The translations under genes were made by a program, and so were the position numbers. A stretch of 64,000 nucleotides of DNA from positions 248,001-312,000 of the forward strand of contig MU058791.1 in assembly GCA_013265495.1 (NCBI GenBank), in the 5' to 3' direction. Under the pieces are notes generated by a model, which saw only the letters and a list, made by a program, of their open reading frames with translations, ran no database searches and was not told the origin of the DNA. Positions 37,296 through 49,290 of the stretch are shown piece after piece; within the stretch, counting starts at the first letter, position 1; every line of letters begins with the position of its first letter. This stretch comes from Vicugna vicugna. Its lineage: Eukaryota.

Positions 37296-39797
37296 AGGAG
37301 TCCCGGCGTGTGATTCTGCAGGCAGATGCACAGAAGTGTAACTGCAGGCCGACTTTCATTCTGATAGGATGGCAGCGTGTCCTTGGCTTTGTGATTGTAC
37401 TCAGCAACTGTTGATGGAGGCCCCTGGAGTCACGAGGGGCCTTGCTCTCCATGCTTGTTCCGTTGTCCTGCCCCCACCATGGGCTCACGGATTGTCCATC
37501 CCTCCCCGACATCAGGGACAAAGGCAGAGAAACCCTCAATCCGGGAACACCATGTCTCACCTTGGCCTCAGCCCCCTGCAGCCGTCCGCCAGCACTGGCT
37601 CTGAGGGAGACCTCTAGTCCTCTCCGCACTGTCGTGGGCCCAGGGGTTGATTCACATGGAAACCACACTGCTCACTCTGTTCCTGGGAGGGAATGGCCCC
37701 CATTTTAGATTATGGGCTCCTGGCAGCTCAGCCCTGCAGAGGACCTCCTCTGCCTTGGCTGGAGTCTGTTACCATCTGCACAGATTCTGAAGAGGAAGGA
37801 GCACGGTGGACCCAGAGTGGGACCCAGAGTGGGGTGAGGAGATAGAGAGGGGGAGAAGTGTCTGCAGTCCTCAGCCCAAGCTCTGGCTTCCCCACCTTTT
37901 GGAAAAGAGACACAGTAAAGCCAACAGAGCCAGGAGAGAAACCGCTGTGATGTCATCAGCATCAGGGACCCAAGTGGTAAATAGGGACACTGGAGATGGA
38001 AGCATGGGATCCGTGACATACAGTCACCTTTGGTGCTGGGATCCTGGTGTCTCCTCACTGACCCTCCTTGTCGCTAGCACAGATCCTGTTCCGCTTCCCG
38101 GAGGACAGTGAAAGGGAGCACGTGTGTAGCCATCCTCCACAGTTCCTTCCATCTGAGAACCCTCACTGGGAGGATAATCACCCCGGTCCCTCCCTGAGAC
38201 AGACGTGAGCGGGAGGGACAGCTCCCGGGCTGCAGATTCCCTGAAGTTGTTATGAATTGGGTTTTTTGGGGACCAAAGCCATTGGCAGTGACCAGAGGCT
38301 ACTGGGAATATCTGATCCCATTTATCACTCGGCAATAAATCTGTCCTGGGTTGTGGTGTATTTATATTTCATAATCGCTGTTCTGGCTGAATCTGGAAGG
38401 TTTCTGTCTGGGCGAGGCGGGTGGGGGGAGACTCCTACGTGGCCAGCGGTTGTGGATTTGGGCAGAAGAGCTTTGCTCTGACGTATCCCACGTGGTTCTT
38501 TCATGCAGTGCCGGTCTTCTGCCCCTCGGGTTTCTATAATTAGACATGGACCTCACCGATAGACTTCTCTCGTGAGAGTTCGTGTTTTGGGAGGAAACAT
38601 TTGCACCGAAGACTCACGGATAATTGCACTGAGTGGAGTGAATTCCTCTCACTGAGAAGGATTTAAAATATGTGTATTGGTCTTCCATTGGCCCCAAAAA
38701 GATGCATATCCCTCTGATCGCAAAGGAGAGGGAGAGAAAAGCCCCCTCTCCTGGCTTAGGCATGCGTCTCTTTGATGTTGGCTGAGAAGCAAAGCCCTGA
38801 GGCACCGGTATGCGGATGACAGAGGTCCTTCTGGTGGTTTCTTTTGATGCAGGAGAGTTTGACTCTGGTCATAACTATTTAGAAGCTGTGCTAAGTGTCT
38901 CTCTGAGGAAATAAGGGCTGTTCCTGAAAGTCTAGGACAGAGAATGACTCGGCGGTTTTCCTTGGCCGGTGTACACAAAGCCCAGGTTTCTGAGGTCTGG
39001 AGGGGGCCGCGGAGAGGTCTAGTTTTGTCTGAGTTGCTAGGGACGCTGTGCTCCGGGCCGAGAGCAGCACCCAGGCCTTGTCTGCTGGAAATAGAGGAGG
39101 TGGCAGGTGGGGGCCAGGGGGCCACCAAGGCACTGGGGCTCGCCGACCCCTTCCTTGGAGAAATGGGATCTCTGGCCCCAAGTGTCCTGGCTACACTTTC
39201 AGCTTGGCGCTCTGGCTTTGCGGAATTAGATTTGCACCTTCAGACAGAAAGGTCTCCCCAGCTCAGGGTATCATGTGTGTTTTCGTGTGTTTGTTTGGTT
39301 TAGAAAAAAAGGGGCAAGCTGCTTAACCGAAGGCGTGGGCAGCCCTACCAATTAATTAACCCGTGTCAATGCCATGCGTCGCACGGACGCACACGGTAAG
39401 TACACCCTTACCGGTCTGTGAGAATTAATTGCAGGTTTGTGAAGTGCTCTGAAATGGTCTTGGCAATGAAAGGACCTGGGAAGAATCCAGAAATTTTAGT
39501 AGTACCTCCTCGTCTCCTTGGGGGCGGGGGTACGGACAACTTCAGGTGGACAACGCAGTCTTTCCTGCGGGAACCTTTCTGGAGCATTCCTGTTGCTTTC
39601 AAGTGACTTCAGGGTGGCAGGTGGCACTGGGAGGCAGCCACAGCTGCGTGGACATCCCTGTGTCCCCTTTGCAAGAGCTCCTAGTTACCTATGTCTTTCT
39701 TCGCATAAAGAAGTTTGGTCGGGAGTGTGGCTGGATAAAAAAGCCCCGGTAAGGCCAAGAATTGCTCCCACTATTACAATTACTCACATTTTGGTAG

Positions 39798-40007
<210 letters not shown>

Positions 40008-41236
40008 TAAGTACCGGAGGGTTGGCCACATGAACAAGATCAAATATGTATACCAAATTGTGGTATTGCAGAACCAAGTCAAAACCTTTCCTCCAGCATC
40101 ATGGAGCACAGAGAACCATTCTGATGTAGTTAGATCCACCCAAAAGATGATCTAGCCTCAGGCTGCTCCCACGTCCTCATGATCAAGCCATTCATTCCCC
40201 CGCGTCTCACAAATCTTTTTATGGGACCTGCTTTTGTGTATTGGAGTGTCTTTGAGCATCGTGCTGTGATGTTTTTAAGCGCATCTGTTAATAACAGATG
40301 TTAGAGATAGCCTTGAAACTTTCGGGGTTTGGAATCAGTGCATAGCAAGAATCCCTGTACAGATAAGCAAAGCAGAATGGGAACGAGCTTTATAGGGTCT
40401 CAAAACAAGATGTGACACTGTCCACGTTTGTCCTGAGTAAGCTACCTCTCCTACTCCTGTCTCTCAGGGACCAAGGGTGCCGGCTGAATGATGCTTTGCT
40501 GCCATTGGGACAAACCCAGTGCCACCAAGGTGGTTGGGATTGTCCCAACCTGCAGCCCATGTGATGTGTGCTCCAGAACAAGGCTCAGCGGCTTCTTGGT
40601 ATAAGGGTTTCCTCTTGTTTGTTTGTTTGGTTTCTAGTTTCCCTAGATTGTCCGTTAGGGACCCGACGAGTTTCAGATTGTCCTGTGGAGAACTGCGTGA
40701 AATGATTCTGTGGAAAAGAATGTGGGAAAGCAAATTACTCTAAGTACATTAGCATCAAGGGGGAAGACACTGTGCTAATGACACATTTCTTTAAATTGCT
40801 TCATTTCCAATATGAAATCAGCCCTCGGAGAAGAGGGCATTGGCTGGGTATTAAATTGCAGCCACGTTGCAGATATTTGACATTTTACGTGGAAACCTGG
40901 GTGGGTTCAGAGCCATCCTGCTCTGAACTTAAGGATGGTGCCTTTGTTGTTATGTGTGACTCCCTCGTGGGTTGAGAAGCTGCAAAGCCAGGGAAGTCAG
41001 TTTTTGTTCTCGATGGTGTTTTCCGTCTCCACGGGCAAGGGGAGCAGGTGTAGACTTCATCCTTGGGGGATGAGAGATGCTGTATCTCCTGTACTGATTT
41101 ATTTAGTTGTTGGTCCCTCTGCCAATGATTTACAAGTGTAGTAAGAGACAGCTCCATGTCATAAGCACCTGGAAGCAAAGTATACGAATGGTAAAGAAAA
41201 TCGTTTAGGAAGCTCTGTTAAAATCCACCATTGAGA

Positions 41237-42370
41237 CATTCATTCATTTTGCGAATGTTTGTTACATTCCTCTGCATCAGGTGGCGCTGCTAGGCTCCGA
41301 GGTCGAAAAGACACCATTCTTGTCCTCCAGGAGCTAAACAAGTGCAGTAATGTTGTAGATTCTGGGTGAGAGGTCTGACCTCTCAAGAGTAGGGCTGCCC
41401 AGTTCTCTCTTTGGGGTGGGGTATGACGGAAGGCTTTCTGGAGGAAGTGGGTCCAGACAATGAGTATTTTTCCCTGGGGGCAGAAAGGCGGAATGATATT
41501 CGGACCAGGAGGAGCAGTGCAAACGGAGGTGAGGAGATGGGAGGCAGGCTGGTGTGCTCATTGGGCCAGGCAGAGGGTTCAGAGTGAGGTAGGGGAGACC
41601 TGAGGTTGGAGAGGCTAGATTGTAGGGGGCTGTATACCCTGCTTTGTCCTATAGATGCTGGGGAGCCTTGACGTGTTTTAATGAAAGGAGCAATGTGATC
41701 AAGATTGTTTCATAAAGATTACTGTTGCAACTTGTGCTTACCAGAGGGGAAAGGAGTGGGGTGGAGGAATAAATTGGGAGTTCAGAATTTGCTAATACTA
41801 ACTACCATACATACAATAGTTAAACAACAAAGTCCTTCTGTATAGCACGGGGAACTATATTTAATACCTTGTACTAGCCTATAATGAAAAGGAATATATA
41901 TGTATGTATAACTGAATCACTTTGCTGTACACCAGAAATGAACACAACATTGTAAATCAACTATACTTCAATTTAAAAAAAGGTTATTGCTGTAGAACTT
42001 AGAAGGATAGATTGGAGGGGGCAAGACTCAGTTGAGGGGGAGCAGTTAGAAGGCCACTGGAGGAGTCTGGGAAGCAGTGCATTGAAACGGGAGCTGTGGA
42101 TTGGGATGGAAGAGGCAGAATGGAATCTCCAGGATTTATGGATTCAGAAGGAGTGAGTTAAGGGTTGAGGGGAGAGAGGATTCTAGGATAACTGCCAGGT
42201 TCCTGATTAGATAACTGGGTGGATACCACCCTCATTAGCTGAGATGAGAGATACAGGAGCAGGAGGGCAGGTGGTGAGTTCCGATTTAGCAGGCTGGTCT
42301 TGGGCGTGGCCAGGTGGAGATGACCGGCTGACGATGGAGATCTGGAACTCAGCTATAATCTGAGCTTGCT
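41237..42370 (-). mobile_element. L2, interrupted by an L1 tail
   Basis: cattcattcattttgcgaatgtttg...tgtcctccaggagct...gggagccttgacgtgttttaatgaaaggagcaatgtgatcaag...aggttcctgattagataactggg. Confidence 0.75.
41731..41981 (+). mobile_element. Artiodactyl L1 3' end (5'-truncated)
   Basis: ggaataaattgggagttc...ataactgaatcactttgctgtacacc...aacacaacattgtaaatcaactatacttcaat, then an A tail. Degenerate TSD aaagattactgttgcaa / aaaggttattgctgtag. Confidence 0.9.
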
Positions 42371-43331
42371 GGATGTTCAAGTTTTCTGAAACAACATGTT
42401 AAAAAACCCTTTTGGCACTTCCCATCACTAAATCATGTAGATAGGGTCTCAGAGAGGCCTACTTTATTCTGCATTCTGCCACAGACCCTGGTCGTTTGTA
42501 TATTTCCGCGCGGTTTTTCATTCAGGGAGGCGCATCTGGGAGACTGCCTTCCCTCCTACGTGCTGAGTTTATTGCAGGGTGAGAGATTTATGTATTTCAT
42601 TGGATTAAAGTAATGTAGCTAATGTATCCTTAAGGATGTCATTATATTGCTCTGAAAATAGTTCCAAAATGAATTTTCTATTTGATAAGTGGGTATTAAA
42701 CCAAGCTCAGAGGGAGTGAAAAGAGGCAGACGTTATGGTGGGCAGGTGCTGCGTAGCGGAGATGCTGTCTGACTGGCAGGGGCAGGATCTGCGTGGCTCA
42801 GCCTGACCTTCCTCTGGAGGGACGGTTAGCTCAGGTCCCACGGATGGAGTGTTTTTTGTGCATGATGGACTATCACATCACCTGTGTTACGTACCCTAGG
42901 CTGGTTTACAGAGCTTACAGTTCCTGTGGTGTTATTTATTTAGAGGGCAGGCACTACCCAAATCTAATTTCAAGGCAGCACAGAAAGCATTTTTGGAGAA
43001 ATAGAAAGGCAAATGTATAAACAACCTGCATTTAAATGAGGAGATGATCAAGCTGAAAAATAGGAGATGGGAGAGGCCAGACAGATGTATTCAGAGTACC
43101 CTCTCCCTAATAGTTGGGGTAACCAGGGCTCAGGGTGGTTAAAGGGTTACTGTGTCTGAAACAGGGCAGCAGAATTCCACATGACCATCTAATGGTTCCT
43201 TTGTCAGCTGCGGAGATTATATTCCCTGGGGAGAGAGCCTGCGTAGGAATTGCTTTTAAATTGCATGTTCTCCTCCATCTCGGGACACTGGGGAGTCTCA
43301 GGTGATGGTCTATGCCTTTTTCTCTTGAAAT

Positions 43332-43515
43332 CGGTGGTTCTCAACCCTGGTTGCACGTTCAAATCACCCGGGAGGCTTTTCTGAACCTCCTGATGCCCAG
43401 ACTCCACTCCAGACCCCAGAGGTAGAATTGGAGGTTATGGTGGCCACTGGGAAATTTTAGAAAGCGCCATCTCCATTCTGAATGTCTTACGTGCAGCCCA
43501 GCCAGTGCTGGGAAC
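43332..43515. mobile_element. MER5B-like
   Basis: ggtggttctcaaccctggttgcacgttcaaatcacccgggagg...cctgatgcccagactcc. Confidence 0.8.
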
Positions 43516-43693
43516 AGCAGCTCCAGGGCTCTGGTCTCATGGTCTCACCTCTACGGGGATGAGGATGCTCCCCCTGTGTCCAGGAGCAGGGAAAGATGTG
43601 TACACACGCATACGCACACACAAACACACCGAACGATGTTGCCTTTATGTGAGAGGATTCATTTAGAGGAGCAAACTCACATGTGGTTCCTTT

Positions 43694-43977
43694 AAAAAAA
43701 TTCAATTTTTTTTAAATGAAAAAGCTTTTTTTCTTTATTTATTTTTATTGAAATATAGTTGATTTACAATGTTGTGTTATTTTCAAGTGCACAGCAAAGT
43801 GATTCAGTTATGTATATACATATATATATATATTCTTTTTCAGACTCTTTACCATGATAGATTATCACAAGATATTGAATATAGTTCCCTGTGCTATATA
43901 GTGGGTCCTTGTTGTTTATCTGTTTTATATATAGCAGTGTGTATCTGTTAATTGCAAACTCCTAATTTATCCCTCCC
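43694..43977 (-). mobile_element. Artiodactyl L1 3' end (5'-truncated)
   Basis: tttattgaaatatagttgatttacaatgttgtgtt...aaactcctaatttatccctcc. Degenerate TSD catgtggttccttt (43680-43693) / tacgtggtcccttt (43978-43991). Confidence 0.9.
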
Positions 43978-45129
43978 TACGTGGTCCCTTTTGAAGAGCT
44001 GCATTTCATTCTAAGAGAGGGGCACTGACCTGAACCCATCATCCCATCTGTGGGAAGCGGGCACCTGCCACTGGCTGGGGTCACAAGCGAGACCCCGGCT
44101 CTTTGGGGGGCAGAGGAAGTGGAGGCAGTAGTGGCCATCCCTGGCCTGGAGAGGCTGGCGTGGGGGCTGGTCAAGTCAGCAGGACGCCATGACCAACCCA
44201 CTCTCGGAAGGGAGTCAGGGCTGCTAAAGGCAGCAGATGCCAACTCTTGGGATCCCCTGTGGCCAAGGTCAGGATGGACAGCGGGCAGAGGGGTGGGGCT
44301 GGGCCTTCCAGAGGGAGAGGGAGTCAGCCCCTCAGCCAGGTGAGAGCGGGGCTCTGGAGGCCTGGGCGCTCCTTGCCGTAACCCGATTCCCTGGTTATCT
44401 TGGGGCAGACACGTTTCTCTCAGTGCAGACTAACCAGAGGGAAGGCAGGCAGCTTGGGCCCCCAAAGGAGAGGACAGCTGGTTTTGTATTAAGTATTAGC
44501 CTTCAGAGAAAGGCTTTTCTGTAAATTAACTCATTTAAATCTGGCTTGCTTCTGTTCCTGCAGCTTTGTTCTGATGGCTGACTGGCCCGTTTGCTTCTTT
44601 AAATCCCTGCCAAATGCCTGTTTATTGTGTGTGTTGAAGGAACATACGCTTCAATAGAAATTCATCAATTCAGGGCGAACAAAACCACTTTTCCAATGAC
44701 TGAAAATGGCTGAGCTGGTAAAGCTGATACTTGAGTTTCTCAGACACCAGTACAGAATTTTAAGGATCTGATCCGCCTCAAAGATGATGCTGCAATGTGG
44801 AGAGACCTTTTCTCTGGAAAGGTAGTGTCGGGGTTAAGGACACAGGCTAGAAGTGAGAAAAGGCATCACTGCAATAACAAATATGGGGGCAGGTCTATCT
44901 GTTAATGATCCTACAGCCCTTGACTATGCTGGAAAACCCTTACTGAAAGTTCCCTTAATTAAAAAAAAAACCACTTGCAATTCAAGCAGAACAAGCTGAG
45001 GGGTGCGGCTAAGTTGTTTGGTGGTGGTGACTGTTGGTGGGCTGTGTGTGTGATCGTGGTCACAGTCTTGCCAAGCGTGGAACATGCACTTGTGGGTGTA
45101 TCTGCTGAATGGCCCTATGCCCCCTGGAA

Positions 45130-45960
45130 AGTTGACACAGCCCATCCTCGACCCGCTCAAATCAGACCCAACAAAAGCATCGAATCACATCAGGAGCTGA
45201 CTCGCTCCCCCGTGGCCTTACCAGAGACCCACCCTCCGAGTCTTGCCACACGTCCCTCTCTTAGGCTTTATGCCTCGGCCTCTCCGTTTCCACTGAATCC
45301 CGTGGATCTGACTTCTGAGTGAGGATGCTGTTCCTGCCAAGCGGATAGTGAATTCAGCTTTGTTGCAGCCACCCTTTGCTGATCATTGTTTATTTCGTCT
45401 TGACAGTGTGCGTGTATATAAGAAATAAACTGGTCTTGTGCCAAGGCTACGTTACAACCAAAAGAAGATAGTACATTTGATGCTTCTGAGTGGCCTCCCC
45501 ATGGTGCTTTGTCCGTAGCAGATAATCCAGGAACTTCTTAAAATTTGATTTGACACCCAGATTCAATGCATTTTTATGAGGTCTAGCAACTTCTTGGGCA
45601 TCGCTTACAGAATGCTGTGAATGGGAGGAAGATGACATTGCTGGTAGGCTTTACTACAAAACAGGGATATTTAGACTCGCTTCACCAAGTATGTGGTTTA
45701 TCTTTCCAGGGACCCTGAACCTCCAGGGCCTCACCCCGCCTCGCGGTTTCGGCTTCCCAAGCATCGTGCAATGTGTGGCCCACGTGATCAGACTCCCTTC
45801 CTTGTTCCAGTAATGCTATGCAAATGAGACTTAAAATTCCTGTCTGATGTTGACCCTCCCCACCTTAATTCTACAAAGTCACCTGCTTGATGGAATCCAA
45901 ACTCCTTGGTAAACAGCCCCCTGCTTTATGATCTTGCTGTGTGGCGTTCACCTCCTGTCC
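45130..45960. mobile_element. Possible very old LTR-like fragments
   Basis: ctgacttctgagtgaggatgctg...ctttgctgatcattg...tcttgaca and ctatgcaaatgag...ggtaaacagccccctgctttatgatcttgctgtgt look LTR-like, but I cannot assign a family. Confidence 0.3.
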
Positions 45961-46759
45961 GCCCCCCCCCCCACATTCAGTTTAGTTCTCCCCAGAGGAA
46001 CAATGATTCAGGCCTCTGCCTCTCCTTCCCACTCCTCCCTGCTGCAGTGGGCTAAGCCTTGGTTTGAGACGCCCTCTCCTTCAGGATTCCCCCATTGATT
46101 GTCCCTGCCTGGATGGACCCTTCCCTCCAAGACCCCACGGCACCAAGTTTACCTCTGCCTCTCCTGACTCTGCCTGTGATGTCCTCTTCCTGAGACTCTG
46201 GATTTCCTGAATCCAGCCCTGAACTAAAAGGAGTGATGGGGAGTGTGGGTCCAGGGCTGGGGGATTCAGGTGATGGTCAGGAGTTAGAAACACCGGGCTC
46301 AGGCACTGACCCAGCAGAGATTAGGGAGGAAGAAATGTCTGCCGGTTCTGTCTGGCTCTGGTGACCGCATGCACGCAGGTCCGTCATCCAATTCTGGAAG
46401 ACCAGGCGTGTTAGGGGGGAGATGATTGACCTACAGCAACACAGCTGGGTTCACCGGTTTGGCCCTTCCTCCCGCCTCTTGTACCGTCTGTGTTACTCGG
46501 CAGATATTTAGAGAAGTTGGGGAAACGTGTTCGCCACACTTTCAGAAGCGGTGTCAGTTACTTGCTTGCTTACTTCCCCGTGCCATCTCCCCGTCATCCA
46601 GTCTGGTTATGCATTTGGGGAGGTCAGCCCTTGTGTGGATTAGCTGCTAGTTTAAATTCCTCTGATAATACATCCTGGCTGATGTTTTTTTCTTCCTTCT
46701 TTGGTAAACTTACGTAGTTAATGATGTATACGGATTTCACTTAAATGATTCCAGCAGAA

Positions 46760-46785
46760 GTGTGTGTGTGTGTGTGTGTGTGTGT
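46760..46785. repeat. (GT)13 perfect microsatellite
   Basis: gtgtgtgtgtgtgtgtgtgtgtgtgt. Confidence 0.95.
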
Positions 46786-47389
46786 TGGTATCTATTATCT
46801 GTTTTGTAGTCTGATATTTCTAAAACGTCAGAATAGCTTCTGTTGGAGGGTCACACAACATGGAAGATTAAGTACAAGGAGTCCTGGGATGGACTCGGAT
46901 GGCAAACACAGAAAAAACAGTGATACACACCAAAGGTTTGCTGTTTCTTTTCTGTTAAACTTTAGGTTGTGTAAATTCGGTTTTCTACCTGTTTTTGGCA
47001 TTGTGTATGCGGGTAGATAAACGATCTCAGTACGGTTTTATTTAAGACGTATTATCTAGCTTAAACTCTATAAAATTTGGTGAATAAATTTCATTTCACA
47101 TATCGAAGTCCAGGGTTATGGTTTGGGTGGTTTAGACAGTTCCATTTTAAAGCGCAGTCACTGACTTCTGTCCTCAATGTCAGCCTAAAATTGAGGTCAG
47201 ACTCTTAGGGGACTGGTCTGAAGTTTTTAGGAAATACATAACAAAAGAAATCCTTTCTAAAATGGTATATATGTATATATATATATACGTATGTATATAA
47301 TATTTGATAAAGGAGATTTAACATCCGTTTTCTAGACATTTGTGTTTTTCTTTGATAAATATTTTATAACAATTTATTTTCATAAATTT

Positions 47390-47670
47390 TTTAAAGTGTA
47401 GACTGTATGATTCAGACGTGAGATAAGTGTCACTGGGGAATCCAAACATAGGTAAGGATCTTTGTAAACAAACACTGTGGTGTGATGGATGTGGGGTTCT
47501 CATTCTTGTTGAAGGCGACAGAGCTGATGTGCTAAATGCACACACTTACATGTGTGTCTGTGTGCATAAGTGTATACACACGTGTATGTATACACGTATA
47601 TGTATACACACATAGGGACATATATAAATACATATAAAAAAGCTGAAATGTATTTAAAATGTGTATATCT
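47390..47670 (+). mobile_element. Old L1MC/ME 3' fragment with RY-repeat insert
   Basis: tgtatgattc...gtggtgtgatggatgtggggttctcattcttg...gctgaaatgtatttaaaatgtgtatat. Confidence 0.45.
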
Positions 47671-48709
47671 TTCTGCTGAGGAGCAAAAAGTTGTTTTTGT
47701 TTAATTTAGTCAATCTACCATCAAGTCTGTCAAAATTCTGCATTCTAGGTGCCTAAATAAGATGGTAAGGCATCTGAAAAGCCTTTTCCAGCATTAAAAT
47801 GTTCAAGTGTTAGGCATCACCACTTCATACACTTATCCACTCTCATTACACTGTTATAAAAGGAAACTGTTGGTGGGAGAGGTGAAAGCAGAGAACATAC
47901 CCATTTTGTGGAAGGAGAAACTGAGGTGCAGAGGGTGTAGTTTGGGTGAGCGACGGAGCAGAGGAGACAGCAGAGAGCTTCCCACTTGTGTTCCCCACCT
48001 TTTAGGGTCCCCAGCCTGCCCTTATGTTAGGAAACTGCTGTGGGAACTTCGTTCACTCTAGAAACAGCCGACAGGAATCCCAAGTCTTACGACTTCCAAC
48101 AAACAGCAGGAAACAGACGGTGGTAGGTTTCAATGGACAGTAGTTGTCGATAGATGCTAGTAGATTAGTCAAAATAGATGTCAGTTAATTAAATGTATAT
48201 ACAAATACATTTGCTAAGTCTAAAATCAGAATTCAGCCTCTGTCCCGACCCAGTCATCTGAAATCCGGAGCCAATGTTATCTGTCCTTTGCGACTTTAAA
48301 TACAGATATTCTCACTTTGTCATCATTTGGAAACTAACTGGGACTCCTGTGAGCATTGTTTTATGTAATCTGCACCGCAAACCTCAGAAGTGGATACGAT
48401 TATTGGCATTTGCTGGTGGAGGGCCTGGGACTTACTTAAGAAATTTCTGGAGGCCACATAAGGAGTAACCGGTAGAGCAGGGAGTCAGATTCGGGTCTGT
48501 TAGTGTTTCCCTTTAGGATTTGATCTGTCTGGTGTCTCCGTGTTGTTCAAGACAGGGCCGCACACTCCTGATGTGGGCAGCAGCCCAGTGCACGGAGGTG
48601 CTCATTGATAGTGAAAGAAAACAATCCCCAGCGGTCTAAGTGAGAGTGCCGTCAGAGGCGCAGCATCAAATACTGGTGACGACCTGAGAACCAACCTGCC
48701 TAATTTTCA

Positions 48710-48900
48710 TCCAGCTACTCCACTTGGGAGCCGTGCGACCTTGGGCGAATAATGTCAATGCTGTGCCTCCACTGTCAGGAGCTTGGGGATGTGCTGGTCG
48801 TTACATCCCTTAGTTGTTTTAGGAATTAAACAGTCAGTGCATGCAAAGTGCATATAGCACAGTGTCTGGCACACGGTGTGAGCTCCCCAAATGTTTGCTC
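48710..48900 (+). mobile_element. MIR
   Basis: gtgcgaccttgggcgaat...atgcaaagtgcatatagcacagtgtctggcacacggtgtgagctccccaaatgtttgct. Confidence 0.75.
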
Positions 48901-49169
48901 TTTATAGTGTCATGTGTATAGGGGACTTCTTCACATCATACAAGTGTGGCCTCCCCGTTGAGCCCAGGCAAGCTCTGCTGGCAGAGGAAACAGTGCCAGC
49001 TGCAGGGAGGTGCGTGGCCCTCCGCCAGCGGAGAGGGTCCTGCAGTGGTGATAACGCACGTGCTTACAGAGTTGTCGAGAATATGTCAGTCTGACTGTTT
49101 CTCTTGCTGAAAACAGCTATGAAGCTGCTGCCCTCTTTGTCCCTCTTACTGTCCGCTACCCTCACGTTA

Positions 49170-49285
49170 GAGTCACCCAGCATCAGAACTGGAAAAGGAG
49201 CTTAGAGGTCTTGGTCCAGGTCTCTTGACTTCTAGAGGGAGAAACAGGTCCAGAGAGGTTAAGTGAGTGGCCTGAGGTCACAGAG
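49170..49285 (-). mobile_element. MIR (MIRc/MIR3-like)
   Basis: gagggagaaacaggtccagagaggttaagtgagtggcctgaggtcacagagct. Confidence 0.7.
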
Positions 49286-49290
49286 CTCCT

